Positions 41,340 to 46,061 of a stretch of 46,061 bases of DNA are shown here, in pieces; position 1 is the first letter of the stretch, and every line of letters begins with the position of its first letter. This DNA is from an uncultured Coriobacteriia bacterium (GTDB taxonomy: Bacteria; Actinomycetota; Aquicultoria; CAYWVN01): the NCBI GenBank assembly GCA_964461725.1, contig CAYWVN010000002.1, positions 1 through 46,061 on the forward strand, written 5' to 3'. The notes beneath the pieces were generated by a model. That model ran no database searches, had not been told where the DNA came from, and saw nothing but the letters and a program-made list of their open reading frames with translations. A program made the translations under genes and the position numbers.

Positions 41340-42205
41340 CGGGCCCCCCTCAGCGCCGCGATGTCGGCCGAGTGCGCGCTCGCCGTCACCGTCTGGAACT
41401 CCTCCTCGCCACGAGCCTCCACGTACCGGCCCGGCGGACCTGGGCAGGCGACAGCCAGTTCGCAGCGATCGCACGCGGCGACGCGCACGGCCCCGGTCCA
41501 GCTCGGCTGCGCATATGACTCCGAGACATGATGCTCGTAGCCCGCCATGACGCAGTGGGGAAGCCGCTCCGTCCACACCCACAGACGGTTGAAGGCGGCC
41601 GTCTCGATGGCGTTCATGAGATACGGCACGGCATCCGACATCGCCAGCGCATCGTCGGCGAACTCAAGCGTCACGCGGTCCACCTTGAGCGGGACCGCCG
41701 TCTGGACGAGCTGCTCCGCGTGCGCGACGTTGCCGGCCGTCAAGAAGACGCGCAGCCCGATGAACGGGGCGGCCAGGCGACCCTCGTATCGGTCGATGGC
41801 CTTGAGGTACTGGATAGCCTGGGTCGCCTGGGCGAAACTCCCATCGACCCCGGTTACCGCGTCATGGACCGCGGGCGATGGACCATGCAGCTTGACCTCG
41901 TAGACGTGGATGCCCGCCTCGACGGCCGCCTGGGCGCGCGAGTAGTCGCTATAGGCGCGGGCGTTTGTCACGATCTTGACGCGCCGGAGGGCCAGGCGCT
42001 TGGCGTAGCGGGCCAGCTCGATGAGGTCGGCCCGGGCGGCCGGGTCCCCGCCCCAGAACTCAACGCCGTCAGAGGCCCCCGAGTCCGTGAGCTCCTGCCG
42101 GATCTCGTCGGCGGGTCGGCTCTCGCGCGGCTGCCCGTCGAACTCGCAGGCCGCGCACTTGTTCTCGCACTCCGTGCCCACGAAGATGCGCTTGTACCCG
42201 ATCAA
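41336..42205 (-). CDS. Radical SAM protein, unknown substrate
   Basis: CxxxCxxC motif in GTECENKCAACEF, GGE-like motif FWGGDPAA, and C-terminal Cys residues (CDRCELAVAC). The start is uncertain: TTG 42205 is proposed, and the track ORF extends to 42364. Confidence 0.65.
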   Translation of the reverse strand: MIGYKRIFVGTECENKCAACEFDGQPRESRPADEIRQELTDSGASDGVEFWGGDPAARADLIELARYAKRLALRRVKIVTNARAYSDYSRAQAAVEAGIHVYEVKLHGPSPAVHDAVTGVDGSFAQATQAIQYLKAIDRYEGRLAAPFIGLRVFLTAGNVAHAEQLVQTAVPLKVDRVTLEFADDALAMSDAVPYLMNAIETAAFNRLWVWTERLPHCVMAGYEHHVSESYAQPSWTGAVRVAACDRCELAVACPGPPGRYVEARGEEEFQTVTASAHSADIAALRGAR

Positions 42206-42216
42206 GGCGCCACCAC

Positions 42217-43617
42217 TTACATCATGCCCCCTTGACGCACCCGGCCGACGTTGGCGCGTGCGAATTCGACCAGCGCTCCCACATAGTCGGCCAATCGGGG
42301 ACATGAGATTCCGGAGCCTTCCAGGTCGGCGGTCGCGTTGGTCGCGTCGAAGTGGACCGGGCATCGGAAGTAGTCGACCATCTCCGGCTGGATACGGATG
42401 AAGCTCTCGATCGGCCCGACCGAGAGCGCGGCCTTCATGACGACCCCCGGCACCCGCAGGAAGACCATGTTCTTGCCCAGCTCAAGGGCGAAGAGCTCCA
42501 GCATCTCGCGAACCGTGAGCGGCTCCTGGTCGACCAGATGGTAGGTCCGCCCTGAGGGCTGCTCCAGGGTCGAGAGGTGCGAGACGGCCTCGACCACGAA
42601 GTCCACCGGAACCACGTTCAGCTCGGCCGCTCCATTCCCCGCCCGGGCCATGAAGAAATAGGACGGCAGCTTGTTCATGAAGAGCAGCGGGCGATATGCG
42701 TCGTCGAACCGCTCGGCCTCACCGGTGCCGGAATCGCCTACGATGATGGCGGGGCGGTAGATGGTCACGGGGAGGTTCGCCGCCTTCTCGGCCACCTCTT
42801 TCTCGGCCAGCATCTTGGTCTTCTCGAGCGGGTTCTTGAAGCCCTGCCCTATGTCCAGCACGGCCTCCCGATATGTCCCTGTCGTCCAGCCGGAAACGTA
42901 GGCCGTACTCATGTAGTGGAAGCGCTTGAGCCGCGGGCACTGCGCGGCAAGGTCCAGCGCGTGCATGGTGCCCTCGACGTTGACCTTCTGGCCGGTCGCC
43001 TCAGAGATTCCGAGGTCGTTCGCGGCCGCCAGGTGGAAGAACTCCGTTACTTTCCCGCGAACGGAGAACGAGTCGTCCGGGAAGCCAAGGCCGGGCTCCG
43101 TGATGTCGCCCAGGACCATCTTGATCTTGCCGGCATGCTGTTGGTGGCGGGCGAAGATGCCCGAGATCATCCGGCCCGCGACGCCCTCGTACTTGGGCTG
43201 CACCAGCACGATGAACCGCGCTCCGGGACGTTTGCGGACGAGGCACTCCAGCAAGCGCGAGCCGACGAAGCCGGGGAAGCCGGTCACGAACACTGTCTCG
43301 CGTGGGGCCTCTTCCGAGACCTCGAGTTCCGGTTCCTCTGTCACATCCTCGTCGGCCGGATGAAGCTCGACGGCCGCCAGATCGTCCATGACGAACTCGT
43401 CCGGCACCGACTTCCTGCGCGGTGCCTTCCTGGGGGCAGCCTTCTTGGGTGAAGCCGTCCCGGGAGCAGCCTTCCTCGGCGGAGCCCCCTTGGGCGACAC
43501 CTTCACGGATGGACTTCCGTTGGATTGGGCCTTCTTGGAGGACGTCTTCTTGGACAGTCTCTCGCTGGGCGGAGTCTTCTTCGACGGACTGCTGCTGGGT
43601 GGAGCGTCTTCTGCCAT
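42217..43617 (-). CDS. Extended-SDR / thioester-reductase-like NAD(P)-binding protein with a Lys/Pro/Ala/Ser-rich N-terminal tail
   Basis: 466 aa. The roughly 105-aa low-complexity basic tail reads SKKTPPSERLSKKTSSKKAQ...PKKAAPRKAPRRK. Rossmann motif VFVTGFPGFVGSRL. The expected NxYxxSK reads NPLEKTK, with Leu where the catalytic Tyr aligns. Confidence 0.75.
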   Translation of the reverse strand: MAEDAPPSSSPSKKTPPSERLSKKTSSKKAQSNGSPSVKVSPKGAPPRKAAPGTASPKKAAPRKAPRRKSVPDEFVMDDLAAVELHPADEDVTEEPELEVSEEAPRETVFVTGFPGFVGSRLLECLVRKRPGARFIVLVQPKYEGVAGRMISGIFARHQQHAGKIKMVLGDITEPGLGFPDDSFSVRGKVTEFFHLAAANDLGISEATGQKVNVEGTMHALDLAAQCPRLKRFHYMSTAYVSGWTTGTYREAVLDIGQGFKNPLEKTKMLAEKEVAEKAANLPVTIYRPAIIVGDSGTGEAERFDDAYRPLLFMNKLPSYFFMARAGNGAAELNVVPVDFVVEAVSHLSTLEQPSGRTYHLVDQEPLTVREMLELFALELGKNMVFLRVPGVVMKAALSVGPIESFIRIQPEMVDYFRCPVHFDATNATADLEGSGISCPRLADYVGALVEFARANVGRVRQGGMM

Positions 43618-43733
43618 GATGCGCCCATGTTAGGCAACGCGCCGCGGAGTGTCAAAGCCGCCGCTCAACTAGGCGGGCCGACGGGCCGATAGCACACCTG
43701 TAAGGCCGAACCGTCACACACGGGGGTAGCGCC

Positions 43734-43934
43734 ATGGAAGAGAACGAGAGGACCAAGACGTGCCCGTTCCTGTCTGCCAAGCTGGTGGACGGCTCAGGCC
43801 AAGTCGTCCGAACGTTCCCGGCCGAGGCGGCCTGCACGCGGGACGACTGCGCGTGGTGGTACGCGCCCGCGGGCTCGTGCGCGATGGTCGCCGTCCCGCA
43901 GGCGCTGCATCTCTCCGGGATGCCGCAGGAATAG
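43734..43934 (+). CDS. Hypothetical 66-aa Cys-containing protein
   Basis: ATG preceded by GGGGG. MEENERTKTCPFLS...AACTRDDCAWWYAPAGSCAM contains four Cys residues. No family recognised. Confidence 0.35.
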   Translation: MEENERTKTCPFLSAKLVDGSGQVVRTFPAEAACTRDDCAWWYAPAGSCAMVAVPQALHLSGMPQE

Positions 43935-43943
43935 CATCTACCT

Positions 43944-44019
43944 TGGTGGAGACGATCGGATTCGAACCGACGACCCCCGCCGTGCAAAGGCGGTGCTCTC
44001 CCAACTGAGCTACGTCCCC
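43944..44019 (-). tRNA. tRNA-Ala (anticodon UGC), CCA encoded
   Basis: The reverse complement is GGGGACGTAGCTCAGTTGGGAGAGCACCGCCTTTGCACGGCGGGGGTCGTCGGTTCGAATCCGATCGTCTCCACCA. It has the G3-U70 Ala identity pair, anticodon loop TTTGCAC and T-arm GTCGGTTCGAATCCGAT. Confidence 0.95.
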
Positions 44020-44145
44020 GACTAGACCACCCGCCCGTCGAGCCAAGCGCGCCTATGCGCTACGCGCTCAGGCCCACGCGGCACAGGCGGGCAGGCGTAA
44101 TGAGTGTAGGGAAAACAATGGTGGCGGGCAACCGCCCCCGGTCTG

Positions 44146-46047
44146 CTACTCACCGGTGAGCTTCTTCAGGGCCGCCTCGGCCGCCTTCGCCACCTCAGGG
44201 GACGCGTCGCGCGAAACCTCGACCAGCACGTTCTGTACCGAGCGGCTGCCAAGCTCGCCGAGCGCCCAGGCGGCCTTGGTGCGCACTTCATCGGGCTTGG
44301 TACGCCGGCGCGACCACATCCCTTCCCGGCGCAGGACGTCGACAAGGGTCGGGGCGACCTCCGAGTTCTTCAGGCATCCCAGCGCATGCACCACCTCCAG
44401 CTGCAGCGACGGGTGCTCGTCGTCGGCCCGGCGCGACTTGTTGGTGACCAACACCGCCAGCGCCCCAGCCACGCTCTTCTCGCCGGAGTCGCCCAGGAGA
44501 CGGGCGGCATCCAGCCGGATGGACAGGTCGGGGTCCCTCAGGGCCTTCACCAGGTACGCCAGCGACTTCATCGACCGGATGCGGGCCAGCGCGCGCACGG
44601 CTTGCCGGCGCACCGGCACCTCCGGCGACTCCATCACGGAGAGGATCTCATCGACCACCGTGAAGTCGCCGACCTCCCCCAGCACCATGAGGATGCTCTC
44701 AGCCAATTGAGGCGGGGTGTCCGGCCTGAGCTCCCCGCCCAGGCGCTGGGACACACTCGGCCCGATACCCCTTAGCGCCTGGACGACGTTCTTGTGGATA
44801 CGGGGATCGGCCGTCTCCCGCAAGGTCGTAAGCAGCGGGTCCACCGCGCCGTCTCCGATGCGGGAGAGCGCGGTCGCCGCCTTGGACTGGACTTCCGCGT
44901 CATCGGACTCGAAGTCGGCGATCAGCGACTTGGAGCACTCGCGCGTGAACTCGGAGAGCGCTATCTCGATCCGCTCATGCTGTCTGACCGGGCGCTCGGA
45001 CTTCTCGCTCAAGTGTCGCCGAAAGAACCCGAGCGCGACCAGCACAGGGTCCAGCTCGGTGCGATTGACATGCGAGATGGCGAGTTGGGTCAGGGCGTCC
45101 GCGAGCACGCCGTAGACCTCGATGTCGCCCTCCTTGTTCATGGCGCCGATGATCGTCTCCTCGAACGGCGCCAGCGCTTCCAAGTTGTCCGCCCGGATGG
45201 CCTCCTCGCACAGGGAACAGAATGCCTTGGCGGCCTGCAGCCTGATGGATGGGAACTTGTCGCCCAGGTTCGCCAGCAACTTCTCGACCATGTTGCGGGC
45301 AAGTTCCACGCGGTCGGTGTCGATGAGCTTCCGGAAGAGCGGTGGAAGCTTGGCCACCGTGCCCTCATCGAGGAGGTTCAGGCGGTCCTTCTCGTCCAGG
45401 CGCCTGGCTTCCCGGGCCGCCGGATCATGCTCGGACGGTTTGTGGGCCGGTGGGCGCTTGACGATGCCGGAGTCGATTAGCCGGTCGTAGACCTTGGGCA
45501 ACACGGTGCGTCCTTTCGGACCCGTCATGATCTCATTCAAGAGCTTCTTCAAGCGTCGCGCCTGATCTTGGGCAATGGGCCCCACCAACCCCTTCCTGGC
45601 GAGCAGTTGGAAGCGGCCGGCGATCTCCTCGACGAGGCGCGCCGTACCATCTTCCGAGAGACGACGAACGATCTCATCGCGGTCGCTGATGCGGCCGGCC
45701 TCACGCGACAGGTCCTGTGTGAGGAGCGACGCGAGCGACGACGGGTCCAGCGAGGAGACCATCTCGCTCAACTTCCCGGAGAGGGCCTTGCGAAGCTCCG
45801 GATCCTCCGGGGCCGCTTCAGCGACACGCTCGAGTCCGGCGGCCATCTCCGTGGGTCGCTTGGTCATGCTTTTCAGTAACCCCGCCACCTCCTCGGGGTT
45901 ATGCACGAGGTCCTCGGCCGCCGCAGGGTCTTGCGACATCCCCTTCAGGAACGCCAGGAAAGCCTCCGAGCGCTGCCTCGCCTCCTCCTCCGTGAGCGCG
46001 CCCGGCGGCCCTTCAGGGCCGAATCCGGGGGGCGCCTGGGGCGCCAT
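44146..46047 (-). CDS. HEAT/PBS-lyase-repeat protein
   Basis: 633 aa, helical repeat composition. The C-terminal repeats are D..VR..A..AL (DPRIHKNVVQALRGIG, EVPVRRQAVRALARIR, DLSIRLDAARLLGDSG, EVRTKAAWALGELG). Confidence 0.7.
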   Translation of the reverse strand: MAPQAPPGFGPEGPPGALTEEEARQRSEAFLAFLKGMSQDPAAAEDLVHNPEEVAGLLKSMTKRPTEMAAGLERVAEAAPEDPELRKALSGKLSEMVSSLDPSSLASLLTQDLSREAGRISDRDEIVRRLSEDGTARLVEEIAGRFQLLARKGLVGPIAQDQARRLKKLLNEIMTGPKGRTVLPKVYDRLIDSGIVKRPPAHKPSEHDPAAREARRLDEKDRLNLLDEGTVAKLPPLFRKLIDTDRVELARNMVEKLLANLGDKFPSIRLQAAKAFCSLCEEAIRADNLEALAPFEETIIGAMNKEGDIEVYGVLADALTQLAISHVNRTELDPVLVALGFFRRHLSEKSERPVRQHERIEIALSEFTRECSKSLIADFESDDAEVQSKAATALSRIGDGAVDPLLTTLRETADPRIHKNVVQALRGIGPSVSQRLGGELRPDTPPQLAESILMVLGEVGDFTVVDEILSVMESPEVPVRRQAVRALARIRSMKSLAYLVKALRDPDLSIRLDAARLLGDSGEKSVAGALAVLVTNKSRRADDEHPSLQLEVVHALGCLKNSEVAPTLVDVLRREGMWSRRRTKPDEVRTKAAWALGELGSRSVQNVLVEVSRDASPEVAKAAEAALKKLTGE

Positions 46048-46061
46048 GGTTGCCGTAGCGG

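Overview
High-GC (roughly 65%) bacterial chromosome segment. Gene content and synteny look like an anaerobic member of the Actinobacteria: an fhaA-fhaB-pstP-rodA-pbpA-pknB cluster, a group-3-type [NiFe] hydrogenase, larBC and a NifS/NifU operon. I support about 45 protein genes and 2 tRNAs, Leu-CAG and Ala-UGC. The accessory part is a roughly 7.8-kb integrase-less island (about 1638-9450) between typA and serS. It holds an AbiEi/AbiEii pair and two tandem COG4741/PF10107-like resolvase-type nuclease paralogues with a duplicated 89-nt leader element. It also holds a wHTH-MNT/HEPN pair, an unassigned two-gene module (a PD-(D/E)xK-like protein plus an RNase J/beta-CASP-like MBL hydrolase) and a 3'-truncated RhuM/Doc gene. 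Two unrelated pairs of direct repeats split the island into about 3.2-kb and 3.4-kb cassettes. My best candidates for undescribed systems are the PD-(D/E)xK + beta-CASP pair and the paralogous nuclease pair with its repeated leader. Outside the island, four things stand out. The NifS-like protein has the PLP-binding His-Lys replaced by Asn-Met and sits next to DsrE/TusA sulfur-relay genes. An operon combines two radical-SAM genes with an atypical SDR that carries a Lys/Pro/Ala-rich tail. The trpF leader can form mutually exclusive hairpins. A promoter is preceded by 11-nt phased direct repeats. Six ORF-breaking lesions occur in otherwise well-conserved genes: three in-frame stops and three single-base frameshifts. 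The sequence alone cannot say whether they are consensus errors or real gene decay. All family assignments rest on motif recognition by eye, and no searches were run.
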